64,000 nucleotides of DNA from Candidatus Alkanophaga liquidiphilum (GCA_029259535.1 JAPHEF010000002.1:11308-75307); one strand, 5' to 3'; numbered from the stretch's first letter, positions 47,712-58,535 are shown. Numbers and translations: made by a program. Notes: generated from the sequence alone by a model not told the origin.

Positions 47712-47760
47712 CTCACCACCACCGTTTATTCTACTCGCAACACATTTAAAAGTTTTGAAG

Positions 47761-48219
47761 TTATGCCCTAAGGAGGATTTCCGCAGTCTCAGGCTTGTAT
47801 TCCCAGTCCGCCGGCAGCACCTTCTTACGCTTGTAATACTTAACGAGCCTCCGTATCTTCGACTCTGTGAGCTGCAACGCCCTTTTATTATGCAAGTCTT
47901 TTCTGTGCAGCTCCAGATGCTTCCGCAGCCGTATAGCCTTTTTTATCAAGTTCTGCAGGTCTTCGGGGACTTTAGAGGCGACGTTGTATTCTCTCAAAAT
48001 TTGAGTCATCTTCTTGCCAGTAACCAAACGGACATCGGGCACGCCGTAGCAGTCTCTGAGGACCATCCCTATGACGCTTGTCGAGTATCCTTGCTTGTAT
48101 AGCTCGATGATGCGCTCTTCTATCTCTTCGGGCGTAATCTGCAACCATTCTGGTGGCTTCTTCCGCAACGGCGGCTTTGAGCCCGATCTCCCCCTACGTC
48201 TTGCGTAAATCCTCGCCAT
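47761..48219 (-). CDS. rps15: 30S ribosomal protein S15 (uS15/S13e)
   Basis: [17 protein letters not shown]...[65 protein letters not shown] is a typical archaeal S15. Confidence 0.9.
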   Translation of the reverse strand: MARIYARRRGRSGSKPPLRKKPPEWLQITPEEIEERIIELYKQGYSTSVIGMVLRDCYGVPDVRLVTGKKMTQILREYNVASKVPEDLQNLIKKAIRLRKHLELHRKDLHNKRALQLTESKIRRLVKYYKRKKVLPADWEYKPETAEILLRA

Positions 48220-48324
48220 TTCTCATCACGTCCTCTTCCTCTCTCGCAATTAAAAATGTTTTGGATGGTAAATATGAGCGGGGCAGCTGCTTACTGCCCC
48301 ATAAGACTCTATATTGCACATAAC

Positions 48325-48362
48325 GACAAATATATAAACGCGCGAGGCGTCCTAATGTAAAG
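48325..48362 (+). promoter_or_regulatory. TATA-box promoter of the symporter gene
   Basis: AAATATATAAA at 48328-48338, about 27 nt upstream of ATG 48363. Confidence 0.4.
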
Positions 48363-49760
48363 ATGCAAAACATCGTGCTTTCCATAGTCGTGGCGTATTT
48401 GGGCGTCTGCATGCTCATCGGGCTTTATGGGAAGAAGCTGACAAAGTCCGCCGAGGATTTCGACGTGGGCGGCAGGCGGCTTCCATGGTGGGTGGCGTCG
48501 CTCTCGATTGCGGCGACGCTCGTCGGCTCTGGCGTAACGATTGGTGTCGGCGAGCTCGGCTACAAAGTTGGAATCTCGGGGGTGCTCTACCCGTTGATTC
48601 TCGGCGTCGCTTTGATTTTGAGCATGTGGCTCGCCGCCGCTCGTTTCAGACGCACCAACGCCATAACACTGCAAGAGGTGCTGGAGCGGGACTACGGCGT
48701 CGAAGCTCGGGCGCTTGTTGCCCTTGTAATGATACTGTCGCTCATTCCGGCGGTCGCAGCACAATTTCTGGCTGCCGGCGCCATTCTGTCTGCGATGACA
48801 GGTTTGGACATCGGAATAAGCATCGTGGTCACCGCTGCAATAATCACGCTCTACATTTTCATCGGCGGGATGTGGGCGGTGGCGCTGACGGACACACTTC
48901 AGATGATTGTGATATATACGGGCTTGGGGCTGCTCACTGCGCTCATCGCCACCGGCGGCTTCTCATCACAGCTCTCGCAACTGCCGCCGAGCTACTGGGA
49001 CTGGACTGCTGCGGGTCCCGTGCGCATCAGCTCCTACGTAGCGTGCCTACTCATGTTTGTTTACGTCAGCCAGCCGTGGCTGCAGAGATGTGCGGCGGTG
49101 CGGACGCCTGAGGACGCTACGAAGGCGGGCGTCATCGCCGGGCTGCTAATCTTCCCGATAGGCTTCTTTGCGGTTTCTGCTGGGCTGCTCGCCAGAGTAC
49201 TGCTGCCGAACACCGAGCCGATACTTGCGGTGCCGCAGGTCATGCTTACGGTCTTTCCGCCTGCCGTGGGCGCACTTTTCTGCGCCGCCATCATAGCAGC
49301 GTGCATGTCCAGTACCGACTCTTGGATTCATTCCTGCACGACAATGCTCGTCCGGGACTTCTACCAGCGGCTCATAAACCCTCAAGCTTCAGATGAAAAG
49401 ATTCTCAAAATCTCAAGGCTCATTACCATCGTGATTGGACTCTTGGGCTTGCTCCTCGCATTGACAATTCGAGAGGAAGTCGTCATGCTCGTTCTGCTCT
49501 TTCTGGCGCCCAGCGCCCTTTACATCGGACCGCTTCTCGTTTCATGGTTTTCACGGCGGAGGAAGCTGAAGAGACGAGCAGGCTTCGCAATCATGCTCGC
49601 GGTGAGCGTGCTCGGCATCGTCTTGACGGTCCTGATGCTGTTCAACAAGCCGCCGCAGATTTTTGGCATGCACGCCGCACTGCCTACGGTCATTATCGCA
49701 TACGTGCTCACGTTGATACTCCTTTATCTACCGTGGACGTCAGAGGAGAAGTTGAATTGA
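48363..49760 (+). CDS. Sodium:solute symporter family (SSF) transporter
   Basis: 465 aa, about 13 TM helices. SSF signature region (GGRRLPWWVASLSIAATLVGSGVTIGVGELGY). Confidence 0.8.
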   Translation: MQNIVLSIVVAYLGVCMLIGLYGKKLTKSAEDFDVGGRRLPWWVASLSIAATLVGSGVTIGVGELGYKVGISGVLYPLILGVALILSMWLAAARFRRTNAITLQEVLERDYGVEARALVALVMILSLIPAVAAQFLAAGAILSAMTGLDIGISIVVTAAIITLYIFIGGMWAVALTDTLQMIVIYTGLGLLTALIATGGFSSQLSQLPPSYWDWTAAGPVRISSYVACLLMFVYVSQPWLQRCAAVRTPEDATKAGVIAGLLIFPIGFFAVSAGLLARVLLPNTEPILAVPQVMLTVFPPAVGALFCAAIIAACMSSTDSWIHSCTTMLVRDFYQRLINPQASDEKILKISRLITIVIGLLGLLLALTIREEVVMLVLLFLAPSALYIGPLLVSWFSRRRKLKRRAGFAIMLAVSVLGIVLTVLMLFNKPPQIFGMHAALPTVIIAYVLTLILLYLPWTSEEKLN

Positions 49761-49847
49761 CGAGTTGCCGAAAAAGGTGTGCGCTGCTGCAATTTTCCCA
49801 ATTAGGCAAATAATTGCACATCGGGGCGAACATTTATATGAGAGGGG

Positions 49848-51023
49848 GTGTTTATAATGATGATGCGTGTAAGATTCGTGGTGGTAGCCGCCCTCCTGCT
49901 CGTATCCTTTACGCTTGGCTGCGTGGAGAGGACGCCACCACCGGTGGCGCCTTCCCCGGCAACGTCTCCAGCGACAGGGCTCACAGAGTTGAAAATCGGA
50001 TGGCAACCGGCGTTCGAGCACGTCGCCGTCCCCATAATCCTGGAGAAGGGCTGGTTGGAAAATGAGCTTGGGGTTCCGGTCAGTGAGATGCTCTTCACGG
50101 GCGGCGGCGCCAAGGAGTTTCAGGCGTTCAGAGCTGGCGAAATCGACGTGGCGGTCGGTGGCGTCGCCCCCGCAATCTCGACAATCGCCAACGAATACGA
50201 GAAGGGGCATAAGGTCGTGGCGGCGGTCGGCATGGACATCGCAACGCTCTCGATAAGAGCGACGGACGGCGTCCCCGACTTTTACTGGAATTATTCAGAC
50301 CCTGCAGGTTCGATTTTAAAATTTGAGATGGAGCAAGGCAGACCGATGAAAATAGGCGTCTGGGGCGGTCCCGGTTCCATACAGTGGACAATAATGACGG
50401 ACTGGCTCCTAGCGCACGGTATAGACCCTGAGCATGACGTCGAGATCAAGACAGGCGGCATCGTTCTAATGGAGTGGCTACGTTCCAAGGTAATAGATGC
50501 GGCGGTGATAGGCGCCGAGCTTGACGACCTCATGATTCAACAGGGCTACGGCATCCCCGTCCTCTGGATTTCGAAGGAGTGGGCAGAGCTTAAGGGCTAC
50601 GAACATTCGCCGTGCTGCGTCGTGACGGTGCGTGGCGACCTCTTGCGGGAGCATCCCGAAGTCGTGAGCGCCGTCGTGAGCGCCTTCATTCGAGCGCAAA
50701 GATTCGCCTACGAGCATCCCGACGAGGCTATCGGCATTCTTGATAAACACATGCCTGAGAGCGTGAAGCTGGCGTTTGGCGGCGAAGACATCTGGCTGCC
50801 GGCAGTAAATGCGTCGCTCAGCCACTACCTCGGGCTGAACGCCACGTATTTGGGGTTGCGGTGCGAAGGGCAGCTCGTCCCTGATGCTGACCCGCACCTG
50901 ATAAGCGGCTGCGCCCTGGAGTTTGCGAGGGCGCTGAGGGATGCAGGTGCAATAACCCGGGGGTTGTCAGAAGGGGACATCTTCGATTATAGCTTCTACG
51001 ACGAGGCTATCAAGACAGTTTAG
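49848..51023 (+). CDS. ABC transporter substrate-binding lipoprotein (NitT/TauT / NMT1-like family)
   Basis: 391 aa. Signal peptide with lipobox-like LGC. Periplasmic-binding-protein fold typical of the SsuA/ThiY/NMT1 family. Confidence 0.7.
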   Translation: MFIMMMRVRFVVVAALLLVSFTLGCVERTPPPVAPSPATSPATGLTELKIGWQPAFEHVAVPIILEKGWLENELGVPVSEMLFTGGGAKEFQAFRAGEIDVAVGGVAPAISTIANEYEKGHKVVAAVGMDIATLSIRATDGVPDFYWNYSDPAGSILKFEMEQGRPMKIGVWGGPGSIQWTIMTDWLLAHGIDPEHDVEIKTGGIVLMEWLRSKVIDAAVIGAELDDLMIQQGYGIPVLWISKEWAELKGYEHSPCCVVTVRGDLLREHPEVVSAVVSAFIRAQRFAYEHPDEAIGILDKHMPESVKLAFGGEDIWLPAVNASLSHYLGLNATYLGLRCEGQLVPDADPHLISGCALEFARALRDAGAITRGLSEGDIFDYSFYDEAIKTV

Positions 51024-51035
51024 GCGGCGTGGAGG

Positions 51036-51854
51036 GTGAAAAGCTTGCAGCACCAAGAGTGGATGTCGAGAAGAGGGGTAGTTATGACTCTACGAGGTTT
51101 CAGGGGGGATCGAAGATGGCTGGGAGTTCTCACCCTCGTAGTAATCTTTGCGCTCTGGCAGCTCCTGCCTTCCTACGGCGTTCTGGATAAGTATCTGTTC
51201 CCACCACCGAGTGTCATCGTCAATGACGGTTTCTTGCCCTGGTTCGAGAGAACTTTCGTGAACGACGTGCTCTACAGCCTCCTGCACTGGGCTACCGGGC
51301 TTGCGCTTGGCTTCGTCGCTGGCTTCGCCCTCGGCATCACAATGGGCTGGTATCGGGTGGTGGACAGCATTTTTTACTACCTCATAGAGCTCGTCCGTCC
51401 GATTCCGCCGATTGCTTGGATTCCAGCGATGATAATATGGTTAGGCATTGGACACAGAACTGCGTCCGCCATCATTTTCATCGGCGCCTTCTTCCCGGTG
51501 CTGATAAACTGCTACAGCGGCGCCCGCAACGTGGACCCCGTGCTAATAGATGCCGCTAAGGTTTTAGGCACTCGAAACCTTTTGCTAAAGGTCGTCATCC
51601 CGTATGCAACGCCTTTCATCCTCACAGGCTTGCGAATTGCAATTGCGGCGTGCTGGATGTGTGTTGTCGCTGCCGAAATGTTCGGAACGACACGCTACGG
51701 GCTCGGCTGGACTCTCTTCCTCGCAATGAGCTGGGGGAGGATGGACCTAGTCTTTGCCGGGATGATAACTTTTGGCGTCATCGGGCTGGTAATGGACGTG
51801 GCATTCCGGCGGTTTGAACGCTGGATTTTGCGCTGGAAGCCGTTGGCGAGGTGA
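51036..51854 (+). CDS. ABC transporter permease (NitT/TauT family)
   Basis: 272 aa (start could also be 51063 or 51084), 6 TM. EAA-like loop (AAKVLGTRNLLLKVVIPYATPFILTGLRIA). Confidence 0.8.
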   Translation: MKSLQHQEWMSRRGVVMTLRGFRGDRRWLGVLTLVVIFALWQLLPSYGVLDKYLFPPPSVIVNDGFLPWFERTFVNDVLYSLLHWATGLALGFVAGFALGITMGWYRVVDSIFYYLIELVRPIPPIAWIPAMIIWLGIGHRTASAIIFIGAFFPVLINCYSGARNVDPVLIDAAKVLGTRNLLLKVVIPYATPFILTGLRIAIAACWMCVVAAEMFGTTRYGLGWTLFLAMSWGRMDLVFAGMITFGVIGLVMDVAFRRFERWILRWKPLAR

Positions 51855-51879
51855 GAGCTTGACTTAACGGGGTGAGAGC

Positions 51880-52680
51880 GTGGCTGCAGAGAAAATAAAG
51901 GTCAAGAATCTGCGCAAGGTCTTCATGACGAGGGACGCAAACAACGTCGTCGCACTCGACGACGTCAGCTTCTCCGTGCGTGAGGGCGAGTTCGTGTGCA
52001 TCGTCGGACCTTCGGGCTGCGGGAAGACCACACTCCTCAGAATCATCGCCGGCTTGGAACGCCCGACGAGCGGCAGCGTCACGCTCGACGGAAAGCCGGT
52101 CTCCGCCCCCGGAAAAGACCGCTGCATGGTTTTTCAGGAGTATGCGCTTTTCCCATGGCGCACCGTCCTCAAGAACATCACTTTCGGACTCGAAAACCTC
52201 AAAATTCCAAAGGACGAGCGGCTGCGGATTGCCAAGCGATATATCGAGCTCGTGGGGCTTCAGAGCTTCGAGGAAAGATACCCACATGAGCTTTCCGGCG
52301 GCATGCGGCAGCGTGTCGGCATCGCAAGAGCGCTGGCAATCGAGCCTGAGGTGCTGCTAATGGACGAGCCTTTCGGGAGCCTCGACGCCCAGACGCGAAA
52401 CATGCTGCAGATGGAGCTTCTGGAAATCTGGAGCAAGACGCAGAAGACTATTCTATTCGTGACGCACAGCGTCGACGAAGCAGTCTTCCTCGCTGATAAA
52501 ATCGTGGTGCTCAGCGCCAGACCCGCAGTCGTCAAGGAAATTTTAGAAGTGGACCTAAGCAGGATGCGGGACAGAACGAGCCTGGAGTTTAACGAAATTC
52601 GCTCTAAAGTCCTCAAAATACTACAAAAAGAATCGGAAAAGGCGATGGAGCTTGAAAAAGTAGCAGGGACACAAGCTTAA
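51880..52680 (+). CDS. ABC transporter ATP-binding protein (NitT/TauT family)
   Basis: 266 aa. Walker A GPSGCGKTT, Q-loop, signature LSGGMRQRVGIARAL, Walker B LLMDEPFGSLD. Confidence 0.9.
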   Translation: MAAEKIKVKNLRKVFMTRDANNVVALDDVSFSVREGEFVCIVGPSGCGKTTLLRIIAGLERPTSGSVTLDGKPVSAPGKDRCMVFQEYALFPWRTVLKNITFGLENLKIPKDERLRIAKRYIELVGLQSFEERYPHELSGGMRQRVGIARALAIEPEVLLMDEPFGSLDAQTRNMLQMELLEIWSKTQKTILFVTHSVDEAVFLADKIVVLSARPAVVKEILEVDLSRMRDRTSLEFNEIRSKVLKILQKESEKAMELEKVAGTQA

Positions 52681-52725
52681 AGTGGCAAGGCTTGAAGCGT
52701 CAAGGACACAACAACCTCCGAACAG

Positions 52726-53910
52726 CTAAGCGTCAGCACGGGCAGTGCCTCGCAGCGCCACTCCGAATTCTGATTCTACGAGCTTGTTGACGCCGACAAC
52801 CTTAGAATGAGCGTCAAGCTCCACGATTACCCTGTCGTATCCGAGCTTTCTCAGCGGGAGCACTTCCCTCGGACCGTTCGTGACTGCGACTTTTAAAGCT
52901 TCATCGCACTTTTGCGAGGTGGTGACTGCGTGCGGGTTCCCGACGCAAACAAGAACATCGGCAGCGTAACGCTGCAAAATGCGGGCAGCTTCCTCACCGG
53001 CGAAGGAATAATCGTCAAGCCCGCCTGTGAAGTGGTCTATTCTCACGCCCCGCCCTTCAAGCTCCTTTAAAATGTTTTCAGCGTGCATTCTTATACGTGG
53101 CAGCCCCTGCTTCGGGTCAAGGTTCGCGATGTTCACGACGGCGGTGTCGCAAAGCGTCGCAACTTCGTTCACCGCAAGCAGAACGTCCGCAAAAATATAA
53201 CCAAGCTCCTTCTTTGCGTTGAGCACGCAAACGACCTTTGCATCGGAAACTTCGCCAGCGTCGGCTGCATCGGAAGCTGTATCAGCGGCATTAGCGTAGG
53301 ATAAAGCCCACAACCTCTTAAAAATTTCTCTTGCAACTCGTTCTTTATTGTCACCACGACTTGGCGGGATATATTCGAAGGACGCCATGCCCCGCTCCTT
53401 CTCTATTTTGGTAGCCTTTTTCAGAAGGTTCTTCTGCCGTTCCAGCTCACGAGAGTCGAGCAAGCCCTCCTCGAAGGCAGCCTCTAACGCCTTTATGGCG
53501 CCGACGGTGTTGTCCGGGAAGCCACAGTGCACCTCCACGACCACGATTTTCGTATTTGCGTCGTAGGACGCCCGAAATTCCTCGCAGACGCCCTGCATGT
53601 CCTCCCCAATAATCATGCTTGCGCACGTTCCGACAACGCCCACGAGCTTGAAAGAAAATTGCTCGGTTACCTTTTTAAGGACGTCCAAGAGTTTTTCCCG
53701 GCCTCCGAAGATGTAGTCTTGTTCGGTCATCGCAGTCGTGAAGACTCGGACGCCGTCGTCTTCCAGCATCCTCGCAGTCTTGAAATTACAACCCGTCGGA
53801 CCGTGCAGGATGATGGCTTCGACGCCCAAGTCTCGCAGCGTATACATTGCGGCGGCTATTGCGTTCGGTCTCGGGTGCAAGACTTCAAACTCCAACTTCA
53901 CCATCCCCAA
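52726..53910 (-). CDS. cfbD: Nitrogenase component-1-like (NifD/K-like) protein; probable Ni-sirohydrochlorin a,c-diamide reductive cyclase subunit CfbD
   Basis: 394 aa. NifD/K/E/N fold with conserved Cys ([18 protein letters not shown]). Adjacent to the Mur-ligase-like cfbE candidate. Confidence 0.55.
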   Translation of the reverse strand: MGMVKLEFEVLHPRPNAIAAAMYTLRDLGVEAIILHGPTGCNFKTARMLEDDGVRVFTTAMTEQDYIFGGREKLLDVLKKVTEQFSFKLVGVVGTCASMIIGEDMQGVCEEFRASYDANTKIVVVEVHCGFPDNTVGAIKALEAAFEEGLLDSRELERQKNLLKKATKIEKERGMASFEYIPPSRGDNKERVAREIFKRLWALSYANAADTASDAADAGEVSDAKVVCVLNAKKELGYIFADVLLAVNEVATLCDTAVVNIANLDPKQGLPRIRMHAENILKELEGRGVRIDHFTGGLDDYSFAGEEAARILQRYAADVLVCVGNPHAVTTSQKCDEALKVAVTNGPREVLPLRKLGYDRVIVELDAHSKVVGVNKLVESEFGVALRGTARADA

Positions 53911-55258
53911 ATACCGTCCTCGAATCCTTCAAGGCAAATAGCACCACAGCGTCCTCGTTAAGTTTCTGCATCATCTCTGATATTTCTTTCTCGGTCAGGA
54001 GCGCTCCCGCAGCGCCCAGCTCTTTAAGTTTTCGTCCTACCTTGCCGACGAGGAAAACCTCAAACCCCTCAAACCTCCCAACCGCATCCAACATCTCCTC
54101 GTAGCGTAGCTGCGAGCAACTACCCCTGCCATCGCCGCCGAGCACGACGACGGCTCTTGCTTTCCCCTCCTTTTCCTTAATGTTCAAAGCCTGCCGCATC
54201 GCATTCTCAAGCGACGCCGCATCGAGCGCAGGATTCGCATCCTCCAAAAATACGACGTTACCCCAGCGAAGGCACCGCATCCTCCCCGGAACGCCCCTAC
54301 TCCTTTTTATGCCCCGCTTCACGGAAGAAAGGCTTGCACCAAGTAGTAAGGAGGTGAAAGCCGCTGCCAGCACGTTTTCAATATAACCCGCAGAGATGTG
54401 AGGGTTTGAAAAAAACTCGGTCTGCACCTCTTCGAAGCCGTCAGCCGCTGCATCGAGTAACGCCGCCCACGCTTCCGTGTCGTCGTAGAGGAGCGTTCGC
54501 GGCGTAGTTATCTCTCCACTGCTGCGGAGGAATGCCTCGTAACGTCTGTAAGCTCTTTTGTTCAGGATGATATTTTTGGAGCGTAATGCCGTAAACAACT
54601 TGGCGGTTGTGGCGCTCAGCCCACCTGCCGCAATTTTGTAATCGGGCTCCAGCGTCGTCAGCACGCTCACATCCGCCGCTCCTGTAAATCCTAGAGAGAT
54701 TTCAAAAATGAAAACTTCAACCCCCAACCCCTCGGCAAGCTCCAACACGCTCAGGACATTCGCCGGCGTTATGTCCGTTCTTCCTCTTAATTTGCGTTTG
54801 TCGCCGTCACTGCCGTAAAACACGCCTAAGCTGCTGGACATTAGCACCTTTTTGCCAGCCTCCCTGAGGATGTCGAACAAGAAAAACACCGTAGATGTTT
54901 TACCTTTGATACCTGTTACTTCCACGATTTTGCCATGCGGCTTCTTTTCTTCGAGCAAGACGCCCACGAGCTCGTGGTGCGAGGATATTTTACCGTCTGG
55001 GTGGGTATTTACGGGATTAAACACCGGAGAATGAACTGGTGAAAAAATGAAATCATAGGGCGAAGGGTCGTCCACGAAACGCTTAACTTCGACGCCGAGC
55101 TTTTCCAGGGACTCTTGCCGCTCCCTACTCAGCGTGCCGTAGATGTCGGCGGCGGCGACGCTCGCACAGGTTTCTAAAAGTGTCTCGGCGAGAATCACGC
55201 CGCCATGCGTCATGTCAACGACGAGCACGTCCTTGCCCCGCAGCTCCTTCAGTCTCAC
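53885..55258 (-). CDS. cfbE: Mur-ligase-family protein; probable coenzyme F430 synthetase CfbE
   Basis: 457 aa. Mur ligase central domain P-loop [10 protein letters not shown] and Mur C-terminal domain. Overlaps cfbD by 26 bp, indicating an operon. Confidence 0.6.
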   Translation of the reverse strand: MRLKELRGKDVLVVDMTHGGVILAETLLETCASVAAADIYGTLSRERQESLEKLGVEVKRFVDDPSPYDFIFSPVHSPVFNPVNTHPDGKISSHHELVGVLLEEKKPHGKIVEVTGIKGKTSTVFFLFDILREAGKKVLMSSSLGVFYGSDGDKRKLRGRTDITPANVLSVLELAEGLGVEVFIFEISLGFTGAADVSVLTTLEPDYKIAAGGLSATTAKLFTALRSKNIILNKRAYRRYEAFLRSSGEITTPRTLLYDDTEAWAALLDAAADGFEEVQTEFFSNPHISAGYIENVLAAAFTSLLLGASLSSVKRGIKRSRGVPGRMRCLRWGNVVFLEDANPALDAASLENAMRQALNIKEKEGKARAVVVLGGDGRGSCSQLRYEEMLDAVGRFEGFEVFLVGKVGRKLKELGAAGALLTEKEISEMMQKLNEDAVVLFALKDSRTVFGDGEVGV

Positions 55259-55910
55259 AATTGGATTTCGGCAACGTAAATGTTAAAACTTCACGCAAGT
55301 CGTAAATGACGAAGTCGGCGGCGCCCGACGCCAGAAGCGCATCGTCGGGACAAACGGCCAAGCCGAGTCCCGCCGCTCGTAAGAAGCTCGCATCGTATTT
55401 ACTGTCGCCGACAGCAACCGTCTCCTCCATTTTTACGCCATGCTCAGCGGCTATGCGCCGCAGTAAGGCATCTTTCTTGCGGGGCTCCACTCGCACGACG
55501 CCCTCACCTGTCAAAAAACCCCCATCATCTATTTCCAAATCGTTAGCGACGAAAAAGTTCATGTTCAAGGCAGCAGCGACCTCAGCAGCGAGCATGTCGA
55601 GGCCACCTGTTATGATCCCGATTTTCACGTCGTGCGTCCTGAGCGTCTCAACCACGAATTCTGCATGCGGCATGAACTCGAAATCATCGAGGACCTTACA
55701 TATTTCCGAGACATGGATTTTACTGTTGCGAGCTCGCAGCCAAGCATTGATGTCCCGCCGCATGAATTCGTCGTAGCTTATCTCCCCACGGTCATATGCC
55801 ATTAAATTCTCTATGCTAACTTCTAAAGTGCCAAAATACTCATGCAGCTTGACCCACGAGTGCCCTCTGATGAGCGTGCCGTCCATGTCGAAAGCTACGA
55901 GCTTATACAT
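55215..55910 (-). CDS. HAD-superfamily hydrolase, phosphoserine-phosphatase-like
   Basis: 231 aa. HAD motif I VAFDMDGTL, motif III K, motif IV GDSKYD. Confidence 0.75.
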   Translation of the reverse strand: MYKLVAFDMDGTLIRGHSWVKLHEYFGTLEVSIENLMAYDRGEISYDEFMRRDINAWLRARNSKIHVSEICKVLDDFEFMPHAEFVVETLRTHDVKIGIITGGLDMLAAEVAAALNMNFFVANDLEIDDGGFLTGEGVVRVEPRKKDALLRRIAAEHGVKMEETVAVGDSKYDASFLRAAGLGLAVCPDDALLASGAADFVIYDLREVLTFTLPKSNCETEGAAGQGRARR

Positions 55911-55914
55911 TTTC

Positions 55915-56613
55915 TCAAAGCAAATGAAGCCCTCCCGTGAACTTTTCGCATCTTTCGCAGGTGTCCCTCGCCGTTATTCCAATAATATCCGAGGGCGTCG
56001 CCCCAAACCTCGCATACACTACCTTCGGCGTCACTCCCAAGCTCTGCGCCGCCGCTCTAAAATACTGGAATCCCGTCAAGTCCTGACGCCGCAAACCTCT
56101 TATGTTTGCGGAAAGCCCAACGCAGCCGCACCGCAGAGCGAAGACGCTAAGCTCCGACACGTATATAGGGAAGCCCGTGATTTTCCTTAACTCCTCCTCA
56201 ACAGCTCCCCTACACCTCAAGACCGCATCTTTTTTAGCATGTCCCTTTCCGGATTTGCAGCTCTCGATGACGAAAACATCGGGCCATGGTCTTTCCGCCG
56301 CATACTCAGCCTCGCAACGCTCGCAAAAGTCGAGTATCTTTAGCTGCAAGACCTCAAAATTCTCGCCACGCTGAAAAGAGACGTTCTTCGGGACGACGCC
56401 GAGCTCGGCAGCGAGCTTCTTGAGTTTTTTTACGAACCCTTTAGCCTTCAGCAGCTCAACATCCTCAGCGCTGACGCCGAGCGGGAACACGGTCAGGGCG
56501 ACGCACCCACACGCATTTGCCGAAAGTGCGAGCTGGTTTATAGCAGAACTTGCTAAAATCCTCCTAAGTTCTTTTTCCATGCCTTCTCTGTGCGCCCTCA
56601 ACCCCATTTTCAC
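55915..56613 (-). CDS. Hypothetical Cys-rich protein with internal duplication
   Basis: 232 aa. Two similar halves each carry a C-G-C-V-(A/G)-L motif (ANACGCVALTVFPLG ; ALRCGCVGLSANIRG) plus CERCE motifs (CERCEAEY ; CERCEKF). No family recognised. Separated by 4 bp from the HAD gene. Confidence 0.5.
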   Translation of the reverse strand: MKMGLRAHREGMEKELRRILASSAINQLALSANACGCVALTVFPLGVSAEDVELLKAKGFVKKLKKLAAELGVVPKNVSFQRGENFEVLQLKILDFCERCEAEYAAERPWPDVFVIESCKSGKGHAKKDAVLRCRGAVEEELRKITGFPIYVSELSVFALRCGCVGLSANIRGLRRQDLTGFQYFRAAAQSLGVTPKVVYARFGATPSDIIGITARDTCERCEKFTGGLHLL

Positions 56614-56790
56614 AACATTGTTGCTGAACTATTTTTACCTTAAAGTTTGAGTTGGCTTGCGAGATATGGATGCGGGAGGGCGAGCAACGGTCGAGCCGTG
56701 AGTCGTAACACAACGCGGTAGCGTGTCGAATTAAACTTTTGGCAGCGAAAACCGTAAGTTTTCTTAGTAACCTCCCAAAAGGGAAGGAAT

Positions 56791-58506
56791 ATGAAGAGGC
56801 TTGAGGTTTTAGCAGTAGCGGCGCTTACCGCGGTTTTCATCTGCTCGGCGCTCGTGAACTTCGGCGCCTTGGAACTTCCACAAAGCCGATGGAAAGCCCC
56901 CGAGAACGCAAGCTTCTACTTGGATTTGGGCGGGAGCTGTGGAGTGAAGTGTGTTTACGTATTCCTAGGCGACGAACACAGAACGTGCTTCGACCTTTAC
57001 GCCGGCGCCCCAGGGGGCTGGAGGCACGTGGGAAAATTGGACAAAAGCGGCGACTTCTGTAAGTGGGAGAAAGTGAATGTTGGGGAAGAGACAAGATTCC
57101 TAAAATTCGAATTTCAGAGCTCTGCGGGAGAAGTTGGCGAGGTCCTCGTCGTTTCTGAGGACGGCGAAAGGATAGGAATTAAAGGCGTCATCGGCTTGAA
57201 CGGAACTGCGGGCGAGAGCCTTTCGCGCCTGATAGACGAACAAGACGTGGCGACACCGCCGCTCACACAGAAATACGGCACGTATTTCGACGAAATTTAC
57301 TTCGTGCGGACGGCATGGGAGTATTTGCACTCCGAGGAGCCATTCGAGTGGACGCATCCGCCGCTTAGCAAGCTAATAATTGCGTTGGGCATTCTGAGCT
57401 TCGGGATGTGTCCATTTGCGTGGCGTTTCTTTGGGCTGCTGGCGGCTGCCGCTTTGATTCCTCTGATGTTCTTTTTTGGGAGACGGCTTTTTAAGTCGTC
57501 GTTTGCAGGCGTGCTTTGCGCATTCCTCATGACTTTTGACTTTATGCACTTCACGATGGCAAGACTCGCCACCGGTGAGATCTTTATCCTCTTCTTCACA
57601 ACGCTGATGTTTTTCTTCTTCTTCCGGTATTTCGACGAGGCTTTCGGCGGCGGCAGCGGCGTGCAAAGAAAAGGTGTGTCAAAGACGGCATTCCGCTCGC
57701 TCTTCCTGAGCGTCGTAGTGTTCGGATTGGCGCTCTCGACGAAGTGGAACACCATTTATGGCTTTGCTGCCGTGCTCGTCTTGCTCGTGCTGCTCTGGAC
57801 GAGTAGGTCGGGCAGAGCAATGGCTAAGCAAAAAGCGGCGCTTGCAGTGGTTGCAGGGCTGCTCGTCGCCGCTTTGATCTATGTGTTGAGCTACGTGCCT
57901 TACATGCTTACTGGGCACGGCATTTACGACGTGCTCATGCTTCAGCGAAGGATGTATCTGTATCATGCAACGCTCACGGCGACGCACCCGTTCTCGTCGC
58001 CGTGGTGGAGCTGGTGGCTGATGACGAAGCCGCTCTGGCTCTACTTCAACGACTTGAACAGCAGCGTCTCGACAATAGTTTGTATGGGGAACCCCCTGAT
58101 TTGGTGGGGGTCCATACCGTTCATGATGCTCTCGCTAGTCAAGCTCGTGAGGAGTAGGTTTTCGGATAAAGCAAGCGTTTTTATAACCATTCCATTTTTC
58201 CTGCAATGGCTTCCCTACGCCTCTATTTCGAGATGCCTCTTTATCTATCACTTCCTCCCAAACATCCCGTTCATGATATTCGCCACAGTTTACTGGCTGA
58301 ATTGGCTGTGCGTCGGCAGTAGCAGTCCCTCTCTAAAAAGGTTAGGCAAAGTGTTCGTTGCGGTGTTCCTCGTCGCCGTCATTGTGTTTTTTGTGGTGTT
58401 TTATCCTGTTATTTCGGGGGTGCCCATCTCGCCTGAGTATAAGGAGTCGTTAAGATGGTTCGAATACAAGGAGGAGACAAAGGCATGGCTGGGCTGGGTC
58501 TTCTGA
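56791..58506 (+). CDS. Dolichyl-phosphate-mannose-protein mannosyltransferase-like glycosyltransferase (GT39/PMT family)
   Basis: 571 aa. N-terminal signal/TM, extracytoplasmic loop domain, and multiple TM helices with the PMT-family DE motif region. Confidence 0.6.
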   Translation: MKRLEVLAVAALTAVFICSALVNFGALELPQSRWKAPENASFYLDLGGSCGVKCVYVFLGDEHRTCFDLYAGAPGGWRHVGKLDKSGDFCKWEKVNVGEETRFLKFEFQSSAGEVGEVLVVSEDGERIGIKGVIGLNGTAGESLSRLIDEQDVATPPLTQKYGTYFDEIYFVRTAWEYLHSEEPFEWTHPPLSKLIIALGILSFGMCPFAWRFFGLLAAAALIPLMFFFGRRLFKSSFAGVLCAFLMTFDFMHFTMARLATGEIFILFFTTLMFFFFFRYFDEAFGGGSGVQRKGVSKTAFRSLFLSVVVFGLALSTKWNTIYGFAAVLVLLVLLWTSRSGRAMAKQKAALAVVAGLLVAALIYVLSYVPYMLTGHGIYDVLMLQRRMYLYHATLTATHPFSSPWWSWWLMTKPLWLYFNDLNSSVSTIVCMGNPLIWWGSIPFMMLSLVKLVRSRFSDKASVFITIPFFLQWLPYASISRCLFIYHFLPNIPFMIFATVYWLNWLCVGSSSPSLKRLGKVFVAVFLVAVIVFFVVFYPVISGVPISPEYKESLRWFEYKEETKAWLGWVF

Positions 58507-58535
58507 GAGAAAAAAGCTCTGAAAAAAAAGACAAG

